A stretch of 63,799 nt of DNA, counting the filler, from Chrysochromulina tobinii (lineage: Eukaryota): NCBI GenBank assembly GCA_001275005.1. It is 4 parts of 4 records of this genome, joined end to end, with 100 filler letters (N's around TTAATTAATTAA, not from the genome) between each part and the next. Parts side by side here need not be neighbours in the genome. Positions count along the whole stretch, not along the records: positions 1 to 27,352 come from JWZX01000447.1; 3 more parts are not named here. One strand, written 5' to 3'. The notes under the pieces were generated by a model that was not told the DNA's origin, made no database searches, and saw only the letters and a program-made list of their open reading frames with translations. Below, one piece after another: positions 11,849 to 23,920 of the stretch (its first letter is position 1; the number at the start of each line of letters is the position of its first letter). Made by a program: the position numbers and the translations under genes.

Positions 11849-12076
11849 GTGGGGTGCGCGTGTGGGCGCGTCCGGTGAGGCCCCTCTTTCCGGGATCTGA
11901 ACATCTGATCTCAACAACGATGTTTGCTGTTCGGCAGTTCGCGAGTTCGGCTGAGAACATCGCTAACTTGCTCTCGTCTTTAAAGTAGGTGCATTATCGA
12001 TGTGTATTCGCGATTTGACCCGGGTCCACTTCCCGCGTACAAATCGTGAGTTGAGCAGAATTAAGTTGTGTCCCTG

Positions 12077-15000
12077 TCAGGGCGCTGGTGATGGTGCCAA
12101 CGAAGGCTCTCCCCACGCTGCTGCCGGCGCTGTGGGCAGAGGCGGAGCGGCCATGGCCTGCAGAGCGGGAGGCGCAAACAACGAGGTAGCGCGCGGCGAC
12201 TGCACCCGCGGCGATGCAGCGCGGGGAGATGCATTGCCTTGGCGGGCCGATATTGAGCCCATACCTCGGCTGCTGAGCCCTGCTCGTGCAGAGAAGGATC
12301 CGTCGACGCCATCCGTACGGGGGCTGCTGCTGCTACTTCTGGCTCCTTCCATGACCCTATATGAACCCACGGTTCGAAGCTTGTTCACGTCTGCGAGCGC
12401 CCGACCTAAGAGGTCCTCCGCTCGAGGGTCGTCCTCGTGTCGAAGCGAGGCGTTGAGCGCCTCCTGCGCGGCGTGCTGTAGCGCCGAGATGCGTGTGAAG
12501 CGATCGAGCGACGACTCAGCCCGTATACGAAGCTGCTTCTCATTGACGAGGGAAGATGATGCAACATGTGCCAGGACCTTTGCCGCGTGAAGCTCCTGCT
12601 CCATGCCACTGAGCTCGCGCACGAGCGTCGCCTCCTCCACCTCGCCACGCAGGATATTCTGCAATGCCGCAATACTGGTTTCCTTCTTTCCGTTGGCACC
12701 ACGCCCCTTGGCTTCGACTGACGTCGAGCTGATGCCCCGCTTCAGGGCTGCCTTGGAGTCCTCCATTTGTGGCAGACTGACCTCCGTTGCCATTGTCTTT
12801 TCCGGCTGGCCTGCGATGTTCGGAGTCACTGTCAGCGACTTGTCTTGCGCCTTCTCGAGCTCGCCCTGTAACCTCTCCATCTCCTCCTTGGTACGGTGCA
12901 GATCACGCTCGATCTTGTCTGCCCTTCGCTTTGCGTCCTCAGCTTCAAGCCTAGCAGCTTGGAGCTTGGCCATCTGCTGCTGTTTTTGCACCAACTCCGC
13001 ATTGGGATGATCTTGGATGCCGCGCGCCTTGCGCTGCTGCTTGACAGCCCCATCTGCTGGTGGTGTCGCGTTCGCAATCGACTTCAGAGCCTCCTCTGCC
13101 ACCTTGACCCGCTCGCTCAATTCTTTTGCCAGGATCTCGGCCTCCTCCGTTCTGGCTCGCGATTTGGCTCGCTCCGCCTCCCAGGCCGTCCGTTCCCTTG
13201 AGAGGATGCGCGCCTCCTCGGACTTTTGCGCCGCGTCGGTTTGCGCTGCCTCCGCAATCTTCCTCACGAAGGCGAGTTCATTCGTCGCCTCTTTAGCCTG
13301 CCGCCGCGCCACATCAACCTCGGCATTATGGTCGCGTTCCTTCGAGGCCATCCGTTGCATCATCAGCTCTACCTCTTCGCGCCGGCTCACCGCGAAGGCT
13401 TCGCTAGCATTCGCCTTTGCGATCTGCGCTTCCAGCACCTCGCGGCTTCGCCGCTCGCGGCTCAGCTCTGCGTTCAGCGCATCGAGGCTGCTCTGCAGCT
13501 CCGCCGTGTTGGTATTATCTGATGGAGCAGCATCCCCTATCGAATCCTCCACCGACGCCAAGACCATCTTGGCCTCCGCCTTGGCCTCGGGCTTCCCACC
13601 GGCGGGTCTGCCCTTAAATGAGAGCACAGCCATGTCCGTCGCGTCCAAAGGAATCTCGGGCACCTTGGAAGGCTCGGATTTTTTCTCGCGCTGCATGGTG
13701 GCTGAGGTCGGATCAATCTTGGGCGCGTACGTGCGCCCCTGCTCGAGCTGTTGCTGCATGGCCTGGCGCTTCTCGTTGCGCTTCTGCTCCTCCTCTTTTA
13801 ATCGCATGTGCATGGGCTTGGGCTTATCGGAAGCGTCAGCGGCCTCCTCCTCGGCAGCTTCGCCACTCGGGGTGCGAAGCAGCTCGATCTGACGCTCCGC
13901 CCGCGCCAACCTGCTCTTCGTATCGCGTTGCTGAATGTCAAGGCCATCGGCACGCTTCTTCTCCTCCTCGAAGCGCTTGACCATCTCCGCGCGGCTCGCG
14001 AGAGCTTGGCGCTTGGCCTCATAAATGGATTCCATCTCGCGCTCGAGCAGCTCTAGCCGCTGCTGCTGCGCCTCGAAGCGACGGACGGTCGCATCAATCG
14101 CGTGCCGTCCCAGCCCGGCCGGTGAGCCAGCTCGAGGTGCTGCTCCACTTTTTGGCAGCGCACCAGGGAGCTGGAGCACCTCGAGCATATGCTGCAGCTC
14201 GGAGGTGCGAATCTCGAGCTCACCGTTGCGCCGCCAACCCATGCGCAAGCGCACAGGCGATAGATGGAGGCGTGCCGCGGCGCTGGCAGGCGCGAAGAGT
14301 CCGTCGTCGTTGCGTTCGTCCAAAATGCGTTCCTCGTCGCTAACGCGAACTTCGCCCTCGAAGTTCTGCGTGGAAGGTACATCGGTGCACGCAGCAGTCG
14401 GTCCGCCCGCTGCCGCACCCGCTGTGGGTAAGGCCGTAGTCTTCGCAACCAAAGGACCAGCTGGCGCCGGCTTTAGCCCATGCGACAGCATCGGCAGCTT
14501 TGGCACCGTTTCCGGGCGCACCAAGGCCGTCGGTGGGGCTGCAGAGCCAAGCGTGGGAGCCGGTGCACTTGCGAGGGGCTTGCTTACAGCTGCACTAGCT
14601 GCGGCTGGCGCGCCTGCGAGCGCTGCCCGTGCCGAGCTTGGCCGTTTCGACCCTAATGCCGAAGCAGCAGCAGCCTTAGCAGGAATCGGAGGTGGCACAG
14701 TCGCCTCGCGTGACGGGACGCTTTGCTCCTTGGACGCGCCTCCCGGGCGTCCCAGCGATGGAGAAGGATCACGTGCTCCCGGTGGCTTCTTTCCCAGGTT
14801 TGCCGTTTCTTTGGGGGTCATAGCAGCATCTCGTTTGGGCAGCGGTGCCTCTTTCGAGGCCGCGCTAGCAGCAGAAGCAGCGGCGGCACACTTGTTTGCT
14901 CCCAGCTCTGGCTTCGAGGTCGGCGCGCCGTCCTTGCCGGATGACACGGGTTTTGCAGACACGCTATCCTTTGCAGATGCACCGTCCTTTGATGGCGCGC

Positions 15001-15307
15001 TATCCTTAGATGACGGGACCGTGCCATCGCGCTTCACAGCAGAGCTGGAGTCCTTACTAGAGCTTTGCCGCCGCGGCGTCCCTGCACCGCTACTCTCGCG
15101 CCTCGTACCTGCCGAGCTCGCTTCCTTAGCTGATGCCGTGTTACTGCTCTTGGCGGACGCACCGACGGGGTCCTCGTTTGCCGTGATCTCACGATTCACC
15201 GTCGATGACCCTTCTGGCTTCTTCAGTCCAGTAGGTAGTGCCGGCACAGTAGCAGGTTTGCTGGCAACAGCGCTGCCAGCTGCGACGGCCTTTGGGCCCG
15301 TCGCCAT
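12077..15307 (-). CDS. Large protein with low-complexity Ser/Ala/Lys/Pro N-terminus and coiled coils
   Basis: Long ORF from MATGPKAV (ATG 15307) with E/A/K/R-rich heptads. Confidence 0.7.
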   Translation of the reverse strand: MATGPKAVAAGSAVASKPATVPALPTGLKKPEGSSTVNREITANEDPVGASAKSSNTASAKEASSAGTRRESSGAGTPRRQSSSKDSSSAVKRDGTVPSSKDSAPSKDGASAKDSVSAKPVSSGKDGAPTSKPELGANKCAAAASAASAASKEAPLPKRDAAMTPKETANLGKKPPGARDPSPSLGRPGGASKEQSVPSREATVPPPIPAKAAAASALGSKRPSSARAALAGAPAAASAAVSKPLASAPAPTLGSAAPPTALVRPETVPKLPMLSHGLKPAPAGPLVAKTTALPTAGAAAGGPTAACTDVPSTQNFEGEVRVSDEERILDERNDDGLFAPASAAARLHLSPVRLRMGWRRNGELEIRTSELQHMLEVLQLPGALPKSGAAPRAGSPAGLGRHAIDATVRRFEAQQQRLELLEREMESIYEAKRQALASRAEMVKRFEEEKKRADGLDIQQRDTKSRLARAERQIELLRTPSGEAAEEEAADASDKPKPMHMRLKEEEQKRNEKRQAMQQQLEQGRTYAPKIDPTSATMQREKKSEPSKVPEIPLDATDMAVLSFKGRPAGGKPEAKAEAKMVLASVEDSIGDAAPSDNTNTAELQSSLDALNAELSRERRSREVLEAQIAKANASEAFAVSRREEVELMMQRMASKERDHNAEVDVARRQAKEATNELAFVRKIAEAAQTDAAQKSEEARILSRERTAWEAERAKSRARTEEAEILAKELSERVKVAEEALKSIANATPPADGAVKQQRKARGIQDHPNAELVQKQQQMAKLQAARLEAEDAKRRADKIERDLHRTKEEMERLQGELEKAQDKSLTVTPNIAGQPEKTMATEVSLPQMEDSKAALKRGISSTSVEAKGRGANGKKETSIAALQNILRGEVEEATLVRELSGMEQELHAAKVLAHVASSSLVNEKQLRIRAESSLDRFTRISALQHAAQEALNASLRHEDDPRAEDLLGRALADVNKLRTVGSYRVMEGARSSSSSPRTDGVDGSFSARAGLSSRGMGSISARQGNASPRAASPRVQSPRATSLFAPPALQAMAAPPLPTAPAAAWGEPSLAPSPAP

Positions 15308-15618
15308 CGAGGTTGAAGCACTGTTTGACACTGTCGCACGACGCCACACCCCAGTGACAGCTAGCGGACGCGCAAGTGAGTGTGTCAGTCCAAGCGTCCC
15401 CGTTTTTGGACAAACGTGGTTTCGGGCGAAGATGCAAACTCGGCTCTTTGACGCAGAGCGAAAATACATGTACCAATGCACCCAGACAGGTACCCTGGTA
15501 TCAGTGGACCGACATCTGCTCGGAAAGCCTCGCGAAGAATCCACAGCGTTAACGCACAGTCACAAACTTCAGAACTTGTCGTCAAAAACTTGGGGCGAGT
15601 GTGTGACCCTTGCCGAAG

Positions 15619-17193
15619 ATGGGTTGCGCCAGCTCCAAGGCTATCGATGGCAAGAAGCCGAAGGTCGACAACGCCGAGAACAGCCTCGCCTCCATCAACA
15701 CCATGGGCGAGAAGTTGTATGCCCGTGGAAAATTTGAACAGGCAGCACAACTGTTTCGGGAGGCACTCACGGCGCGCCGTAGGACGCTCGGCGATCGAGA
15801 CGCTGACACGCTCACCTCGATCAACAATTTGGGCATGGTGTTGCAGGCCCAGGGCAAGCTCGACGAGGCGGCACCGCTGCTCCGTGAGGCGCTTGAGGGG
15901 CGTAGTGCGACTCTTGGCAATTGCCACATAAACACTCTAATGTCCATCAACAATCTGGGGCTGCTGTTGCAGGCCCAAGGCCAGCTCGACGAGGCGGAGC
16001 CAATGCTCCGGGAGGCGCTTGCGGCGAGCCGTGCGACGCTCGGCGATCGGCATCCGAACACGCTCACCTCGATCAACAATCTGGGCATGGTGTTGAAGGC
16101 CCAGGGCAAACTCGACGAGGCAGAGTCTCTAGCCCGAGATGCGCTCGAGGCGCGCCGTGCGACGCTTGGCGATCGGCACCCTAGCACGCTTACCTCCATC
16201 AACGATCTGGGGCTGCTGTTGCAGGCCCAGGGCAATTTCAAAGAGGCGGCGCCGCTGCTCCGGGAGGCGCTGGAGGCGAGCCGTGCGACGCTTGGCGATC
16301 GGCACCCTCACACTCTCACCTCCATGAACAATGTTGGTCTGCTGGTGTATGCCCAGGCCAAGTTCGTCGAGGCGGAGCCGCTGCTCCGGGAGGCGCTCGA
16401 TGGGCGCCGTGCGACGCTCGGTGATCGGCACCCAGATACTCTGAACTCGATCAACAATTTGGCGGGATTAGTCCAGGCCCAGGGCAAGCTCAATGAGGCG
16501 GAGCCGCTGCTCCGGGAGGCGCTCGATGGGCGCCGTGCGACGCTTGGCGATCGGCACCCAGACACTCTGAACTCCATGAACAATCTGGCGGGACTGTTGC
16601 AGGCCCAGGGCAAGCTCGACGAGGCGGAGCCGCTGCTTCGGGAGGCGCTCGATGGGCGCCGTGCGACGCTCGGCGATCGACATCCTGATACACTCATCTC
16701 CATCAATAATGTGGGCATGATGTTGAAGGCCCAGGGCAAGCTCGAAGAGGCGGCGCCGCTGCTCCGGGAGGCGCTCGAGGTGAGTCGTGAGACGCTCGGC
16801 GATCGGCACCCTAATACTCTCACCTCCATCAATAATCTGGGCATGCTGTTAAAGGACCAAGGCAAGCTCGACGAGGCGGAGCCGCTGCTCCGGGAGGCGC
16901 TCGAGGCGAACCGTGCGAGACTCGGCGACAGGCACCTCAATACTCTCACTTCCATCAACAATATTGGCATGCTTTTGAAGGACCAGGGCCAGCTCGAAGA
17001 GGCGGAGCCGCTGCTCCGGGAGGCGCTCGATGGGCGCCGAGAGACGCTCGGCGATCGACACCCTGCCACTCAGAACTCGATCAGCAATCTGGCGGGACTG
17101 TTGCATGCCCAGGGCAAGCTTGAAGAAGCGGCATCTATGCGCAAGAAACGCACGCCCATGAGTACGCCCACGGTGCATGACCACAGTGCATAA
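15619..17193 (+). CDS. Kinesin-light-chain-like TPR protein (about 12 x 42 aa repeats) with N-terminal acylation motif
   Basis: Repeats of LGDRHPxTLxSINNLGxLLxAQGKLDEAEPLLREAL; N-terminus MGCASSK. Confidence 0.92.
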   Translation: MGCASSKAIDGKKPKVDNAENSLASINTMGEKLYARGKFEQAAQLFREALTARRRTLGDRDADTLTSINNLGMVLQAQGKLDEAAPLLREALEGRSATLGNCHINTLMSINNLGLLLQAQGQLDEAEPMLREALAASRATLGDRHPNTLTSINNLGMVLKAQGKLDEAESLARDALEARRATLGDRHPSTLTSINDLGLLLQAQGNFKEAAPLLREALEASRATLGDRHPHTLTSMNNVGLLVYAQAKFVEAEPLLREALDGRRATLGDRHPDTLNSINNLAGLVQAQGKLNEAEPLLREALDGRRATLGDRHPDTLNSMNNLAGLLQAQGKLDEAEPLLREALDGRRATLGDRHPDTLISINNVGMMLKAQGKLEEAAPLLREALEVSRETLGDRHPNTLTSINNLGMLLKDQGKLDEAEPLLREALEANRARLGDRHLNTLTSINNIGMLLKDQGQLEEAEPLLREALDGRRETLGDRHPATQNSISNLAGLLHAQGKLEEAASMRKKRTPMSTPTVHDHSA

Positions 17194-18090
17194 CCATGGC
17201 CGTGAACATAATCCATAGGTGGCTAGCTGTCTTTCAAGAAAGCTGAGGGGGGGGCAGATGAAGTCGATACAGGACTGTCACAACTGGCTGCGTCGCGTGA
17301 TGCGTCTCCGCACGGCATCGATTAACGTCGTGGAGCTCAGTTTTAAAGCCGAGTCGATGAATTTAATATTGTTCTTGTACACGAAGCGAGAGATGTGTAG
17401 TTGTACGCTACTTAGGCGCGTCTATCGTAGCTCGTCCAGGGAAATACGTATCCGATGCTACATGCTTCATGCTGGCCGGGGAGTGGATGATGCACCCCGC
17501 CCGGCACGAGTGAGTCAGAAACGAAACCGGTGCGAAACGACCACGGGCAGCTAGGCACCACATGATGCCTTGAAGCTTGATAACAATGCTTGATAACTGC
17601 CGGTCTCGACACTGCACACTCCGAAGAGGTCTCCGTCGGGCATGCCCGGTCCCCGGCCGGTCGACGGCTCGTCGCGTGAGCGCCGGGATGGCCATGGCGC
17701 GCGATCGGGACGATGCGCGTCCGAAGGATGCGGTCCGGTCCGTCCCGGGTCGTGTTCCGGCACGGCACGTCGGCACCGTTGTAGCCTGTTAGCTTGCGTA
17801 GTTCCGTACTACCGTACATATTAGCCGTGATAGCTGTACGAGCGCGGTTAGAAAGGGGTTGTAAGAGGGGTGTTCGGATTATATACGACAATCGAGATTC
17901 GGAACCCGCAGCACGCGCGATTGTACACGAATCAGCACGTCAACGCTCGCTCCGCGGCTCCTCCGACCGATACCGCTCCGACACGCGCTGCCGGTGACGC
18001 CGCTCGCCGCCTGCTCTTCAGGGCCACACGGCACCTACGCGCACCTCGTCTGGTGAAAAATATGCGCCTCGCTATGGCTCTGCACACTGC

Positions 18091-19393
18091 TCACACAAAG
18101 GGCGTCGTCGCCGGCCATGACGGCGGCGACGACGCGCGCCCCGGTCGCATCCCTTGCTGCGCAGGCCGGAAGGCATAGCGGCCGGTGCGGAGCTGTTCAA
18201 CGCGGGGCGAGAGACGAGCAGCGCAGAATATGAGCGTCGAAGAGCGGGGTGTGCACGAGATGCGCAAGCGCCATGGGTGATCGGGCCTCCGAGCATTTAC
18301 CTGAGCGAGCGTCACCTTGAGTTTGGTGGAATCGGAATCACGCAAGGTCACTTCGACAGCATTCATCGCGTGCACCACCCAAGTGTTGTCGACCCGTTGC
18401 CCCTGCTGCAGGACGATCACCGGCATGCCGCGCTCGAGAGCGAGGCCGTTACAATGGAGCATCTGGCGCTGTTTGTCGAAATACGCGTCAGTGGCGTTGG
18501 CGCTGTTGGCGGCCTCGGTGGCGCCTGACGCCGCATTCCGCACGCTGTAATGGTCGACATTGGTGTTGAGCTCCTCAAGATCGGCCTTGATTTCCTCTGG
18601 CTTCAGCCGAGCGAACGAGGTTGGCAGGCAGCCGGTCGGCTCAAGCGCCTGCTTGCGCCCCTTGCCGTCAGTAGGGGTCGAGCTGCCTGCGGACGGGCCG
18701 TCGCCGCCCAAGGTTTTCACCTTTTTACGCTTCTCTTCGATGCTGTCGATGAGCCGACTCTTGAAGAATTCTAGCTGGGCCTGTGCAGCGAGAATCACCA
18801 CGCGCCGTTTGGATGGGTCGTTTGGGTGGGCTCAGGCTCTGCCTGGCTACTACTGCCAACCCTCTGGCTGGCTGCGCTGCTGTAGGCGGTTACGTGGACG
18901 CTCAGAGTGGCAAAGAGCAGCCATGGCGCGCCGAGAGGCGCGTTGGCGGACAGCGCACCCTCGTCTCATCCTCGGCCTGCTTCTTCTCGCACTCGTACAG
19001 CGCATCGACGTTTGCAATCTCCCTCTTGCGTATGAAGTTCAGATACGCCATCTTCTCCTTCTTCTTCTGTTCGTGCGGCTCCAGGGCCTCGATGAGAGCC
19101 GGGTGCGTGCCTGCGGGATGCGGCATCGCTGGCCGTCAGCCGTAGAGCGATGCAGGCGTGGCGGAAGCGCCTGCCATGTGAGGCAGACAAGGCAGGCAAG
19201 ACGAACCGTACAAGATTGAATCGAGCTCTGCCTTCCACGGAGCCGTGGCAGCGGCGGCGTCGTCCATGGCTTCGTCCTCAGCGTCCAGAGCATCCGCAGC
19301 AGCAGCAGCGTCAGGCGCAACGGCGGTTGGGACTGCGCCGCGTCGCGAGCCGGCGCGCCCTGCTGCCGCGCTCCCTCCTCGGGCAGCCGACAT
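18091..19393 (-). CDS. Sds3/SUDS3-like Sin3-HDAC complex subunit (multi-exon; introns 18193-18300, 18781-18958 and at least one more)
   Basis: Sds3-like coiled coil (KREIANVDALYECEKKQAEDE) and a C-terminus like SUDS3 (NAVEVTLRDSDSTKLKVTLAQ|LRTGRY). Two GT-AG introns preserve frame; the 5' exon structure is uncertain. Confidence 0.7.
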
Positions 19394-19580
19394 AAAGGCG
19401 GAGAAAATAATAATTTGTTACGACTAAAACTTTCGAGCCCTTTTATGTGAGTCAAGCCACACGCAAGTTACGACGGATTGTAGGATTCCGTCGCCGTCCG
19501 ACTCATATCTTGAGCGGGACGGGTGTGGTCTCCCCGTCCTAAGAATTTGTGTAGGGGACTGTAGGGGTGGGGAGAAAAAA

Positions 19581-22500
19581 ATGGAAAAGCTGTCCAATGG
19601 TTCCCAGCTGGCAGCGCAGCTGCTGGCCGCGCAGCTCGGATCGCTCCTCGGGCCGAACACCTGCGGGCCCGAGGATTTCGAGCGGGTCAAAGCACTCGGG
19701 CAGGGTTCGCACGGCACAACAAGGCTCGTCCGGCGCAAGCACGACGGGCGGCTCGTGTGCAGCAAGCACGTCCCCACGGAGCGCTTCCCCAAGGTGGCCA
19801 GCCAGGTGGTGCGCGAGGTGGAGATTCTCATGATGTGCGACGGTCATCCGCACATCATCGGCTTCATCGGCGCCTTTGTGACCGCCGATGGACTCGACAT
19901 CGTGCAGGAGTTTGCCGAGGGCGGCACGCTACAGCAGCGAATCGACCGACGGCGCGAGCTGCAGGATCCGCTGCTCGAGAGCGAGGTGCTGGATACCTTC
20001 ATCCAGCTGACGGGCGCACTCGAGCATCTGCACTCCCACAAGGTGCTCCATCGTGACCTGAAGCCAGCGAACGTCTTCTTCGACCGTCGCAACCTCGCGC
20101 GCCTAGGCGACTTTGGCATTGCGGCGATCGCAAAGTGAGCGCCCGCGCCCATCCTGGCCACAGCGGCCGTCGTGTTCCACGCCGCACCTCCCGCACCGCA
20201 TCGCGCCGCCGCCGCGTGCCCTCGGCGACGCGCGCGCACTCTCACGTTGGCCCACTGCCACTGATGACCACTGATGACTAATGATGACCACTGATGACCA
20301 CTGATGACCACTGATGACCTCTCTCCCGTTGGCCCACCCTTCCCGGGCTGCGCTCATCGGCTGACGACCGCTGATGACCACTGATGGCCACTGATGACCG
20401 CTGAGGGCCCATTGCCTCATTTGGGTGCGCCACGATCCGCAGCGACAGCCGGCACGCGGAGCCCTCCGTTCTGGGAACACCCCTCTATCTCGCTCCCGAG
20501 CTCATCTCGGGCCAGCCGAGCGGCACTGCCACGGACCTCTGGGCCTTGGGAGTCGTTCTCTACGAGATGGTCGCGCTGCGTCACCCGTTCGCGGCGGAGA
20601 ACCTCGCCGCTCTCGCGATCAAGATCTGTGCGGCGAACTACGACCCCCTCTCGAGCTGCGTGGGCCTGAAGCAGGCCGCGAGTGCTAATGGGGGGGGCAG
20701 TCCAGCTGCGAGCTACTACTCCGCCGAGCTGCTCGCCCTGCCCAGCCGGTGCGCACGATGATGGCCTCTGATGGCCTCTGATGGCCTCTGATGGCCTCTG
20801 ATAGCCTCTGATGGCCTCTGATGGCCTCTGACCCCCCTCCCCCGCCCGCCCGCCCGCACGGACCCCCGGGCCCCCCCGTACCCCTATCTCACTCCCGCTT
20901 CGCCCCGCCCCCCCCCCTCGCCTGACACGTGGCCACGCAGGCTTCTCCAAGTACACCCGGAGCTCAGACCGCCCGCCACGGCGCTCCTCGCCGATCCGCT
21001 GCTCAGGGCACATCGGTGCTTCTTCGCGGAGTCGGCCGAACGTTGCCACGAGAGCGCTCGGAATCTGTGCGAGCTGAGCAACGGGAGATCGGCGGGAGGT
21101 CAGCCCGAGCTCCAATCTCCGACCTCCAGTGCTCCCGCCGATTCCCTGGCGAGTGTCGCCGCCGCTCCCGCCCACACAACGAAGGGGCGGCGCGCGGGCG
21201 GGCACTCGGACGCAGTCTTGGGCGGGCACTTGGACGCCGACGGTGGCGGCGCGAGCGGCTCGGCGGCCGCGGACAATGGCGAGCTACACCGATGGGAAGC
21301 TTCTCTGGCGCTTCGGCTGGCCGAGTACCAGATGGCGTGCATGCATGCGACGCTCCTAGAGGAGGCGGCGGAGGCGCGCTACTCCCGCGATGCACTGCTC
21401 GCTCGGGTCGAGGCAGACTTCGAGGCGGAGCGCCGTGTGGAGCGCCGGCTGCTGCGCGACGAGATGGAGGCGATGGAGCGCTTCGCGTACGAGAGCATGC
21501 GTGAGGTGCTCCTCCGCCATGGGCAGCTCGACGCTCGCGAGGCATCCCTCGTGGCGCGCTCGAGCGCCATCTTGGGCGCGGTCGGCGCGCCGACGGACGC
21601 CGAACGCGCCGTCGCCGCCGCTGCTGCTGGAGGGTTGCTGTACGTGCCGCGACGAGGACGAGAGACGACAGGAGAGCCAGGGACAGCGGTCGATGCGGAG
21701 GTGTCGGTGCCATGGGCGAGCATCTCATCGAGCATCTCAATCCTTGCGCAGCCTGCACGGCACACGCCCTCGCGTCTGACTCCCTCGCCTTCGGAGTCTC
21801 TCCCTTCCAAAGATGGATCCGTCGGTCTCCCTTCCAAAGATGGATCCGTCGACCGGGAGAATGGCGTCGCGTCGCCCAGTCCCGCCCTGCGTGCCGCTTC
21901 GACCGCTCTGCACGACGCCACGGCCGCCGCCGCCACGCATGCCGCCACACATAACGCCCTGCCTGCCGCCGGGACCAGCGTGCCCCCCATCGTGGGTGGC
22001 ATTCCGGGCTGGGCGGAGGCGATCCGCGAGCTCGCAGGGCGAGATTCGACGGAGCCGCGCGCGCACTCGTGCGAGGTGGGCGCGGACGAGGAGCCGCGGG
22101 CCTCGAGCGACCGAGGAGGTTCGAGTAAGCTCGAGGAGCTCAAGCCGCTGGAGCTGCTGCGGTCTCTGCGAGAGGCGGAGGAGATGCTGCATGCTCGCGA
22201 GCTCCAGGTGCATGCGCTCAAGCAGATGAAGAAGCGCGAGGAGCAGATTAAGCTTATCTCGCGGCACGTGCGCTCCATTGCGACGCGTGCCTTCGAGGGA
22301 TGGCGTCGCGCGCTGCTCCACTCGAGGGCTGAACGCGCTCTCGCCTCCAAGGATGAGCAGATCGCGCAGCTCAGCGCGAGGTTGCGTCGGATGGCCGCCG
22401 CCATCACCGACGGAGAGGATAGGAACACTGCCCTCGCGGCCGCCGCCGAGGTGCTCTCGCTCATCATGCACGACGGTACGATGGGATCGCCGGTGGAGCT

Positions 22501-23920
22501 GGCGGAGGTGGGCGGCGTCGCCGACGAGCGCAGCCGCAAGGTGGGCAGCGCCACTAAGGCCAGCAGCTCTTCGTATCAGCATGCCTCGTCCAAGCCGCCA
22601 CTACGGCGCAACTCAAGTGGCCACGTGGCGAGCCCACTCGGCGAGGGACTGACCCTTTTTGAACGGGGAGGCCATGGCGGCCACTTTGGAGCCGGTGGCT
22701 CTCGCGAAGGCGGCCCTGGTTCCACGTGCTTCGGTGAGAATGGGCGTGAGGCAGCGCGGGAGGCGAACGGGCCCGCCGCGGCCGAGCAGCGCTCACGCAG
22801 CCTGGGCAAGCAGCGATCGCGCGAGTTGCAGCTTCAGGCGGATAGCGAGCAGGGGGCGCGCTCGCCCGGCGGCCTGTACGAGCGGGGGCTCAAGCAACGC
22901 CAGAAGCGTGAGGCCGCCATTTCGCGCCGGAGGCGCGAGCGAGAGGCGGCCGAGATTGCGAACTGCACCTTCAAACCTTTGACTCAGACGGCCAGCGATG
23001 CGCCGGGGCGTGAAGGCACTCGTGAACGGCTCAGGGGCGACACCAGCTCGCCACTGCCTGGGGGCGAGGGCGGCAAGGGCCCTCGGGGCGGCGGCAACAA
23101 CATGCGTGTGGAGAAGGGATTGGAGATCGAGCCTCCGGCACATGGCGTGACCGGTAGAAGAAACGGGCTGAACTCCCCCCTTGCACACACGCACATCGAG
23201 GCCGCAGAGCATAGCATGCACGGCTCTTCCAGCGGCATCTGGGGTGCGCAGCTCGACGACTCTCATCGAACGCTGATGACCACTGATGACCACTGATGAC
23301 CACTGATGACCACTGATGACCACTGATTGCTTCCCTCATCAGGTGGGCAGCTCGACGGCGATGGCGCCGATGGCCTTTCATCGGCCGAGCAGCATCAGTA
23401 CCCTTCGCAGCCGCTGCCACCGAGCCCGAGTGCACTCGTCGAGAGTAACCGCATGCCTCTTCACACGATGGACTCGACGCGTGGCACGGCGCAATCACTG
23501 ATTATGTCCACCATCATGTCCGCCCTCCCCAAGGCTCTCGATTCGTATCGAGAGCGGCGGCGCACCACGAGCACGTCTGGCGCGGCGGCCGGCGTGCCGG
23601 CGGCCGCACCCCCACTTGCTCACTCCGCGTACGCGGCGGCGCTGCGCCCGAGCACGCCCTACCACCGTCCCGACTCACGCGCCGACTCACCAGCCCTCGG
23701 TTCACCCGCACACTATTCGACTGACATCGCGGAGGCCGCCGCGCGCGGCTCGCCCTTCAGCTCTCCTCCCTATTCGTCCACTCTCGGATCGACAGTCTAC
23801 TCGACAGCCTCTGCCGCGGGCGACCTGCCGCGCGCGCGCGAAAAGGTGGACGCGCACGTGCTGCCGCTCGGGGCCGCCGCGTACTCCTCCGACGTCGTCT
23901 CTGAGGATGAGCTGATGTGA
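19581..23920 (+). CDS. NIMA-related (NEK) Ser/Thr kinase with long coiled-coil/low-complexity tail (exons 19581-20134, 20443-20748, 20941-23243, 23343-23920)
   Basis: GQGSHG, HPHII, EFAEGGTL, HRDLKPANVF, LGDFGIA and GTPLYLAPE across spliced exons; three GT-AG introns keep the frame. Confidence 0.85.
20135..20442 (+). repeat. Intron containing 10-bp CTGATGACCA tandem repeats
   Basis: AA|GTGAGC...CCGCAG|C gives IAN-DSRHAEPSVLGTPLY. Confidence 0.85.
20749..20940 (+). repeat. Intron containing 10-bp CTGATGGCCT tandem repeats
   Basis: CG|GTGCGC...ACGCAG|G gives RLLQVHPELRP. Confidence 0.85.
23244..23342 (+). repeat. Intron containing 10-bp CTGATGACCA tandem repeats
   Basis: G|GTGCGC...CTCATCAG|GT; joins ORFs 21218 and 23327 in frame. 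Confidence 0.8.

Noticed and set aside
14025..15737. Long antisense and overlapping ORFs (570 aa here, also 2154-2942, 13017-13892, 21379-22554 and others)
   Set aside because: Shadow frames of GC-rich real genes, with no motifs of their own.
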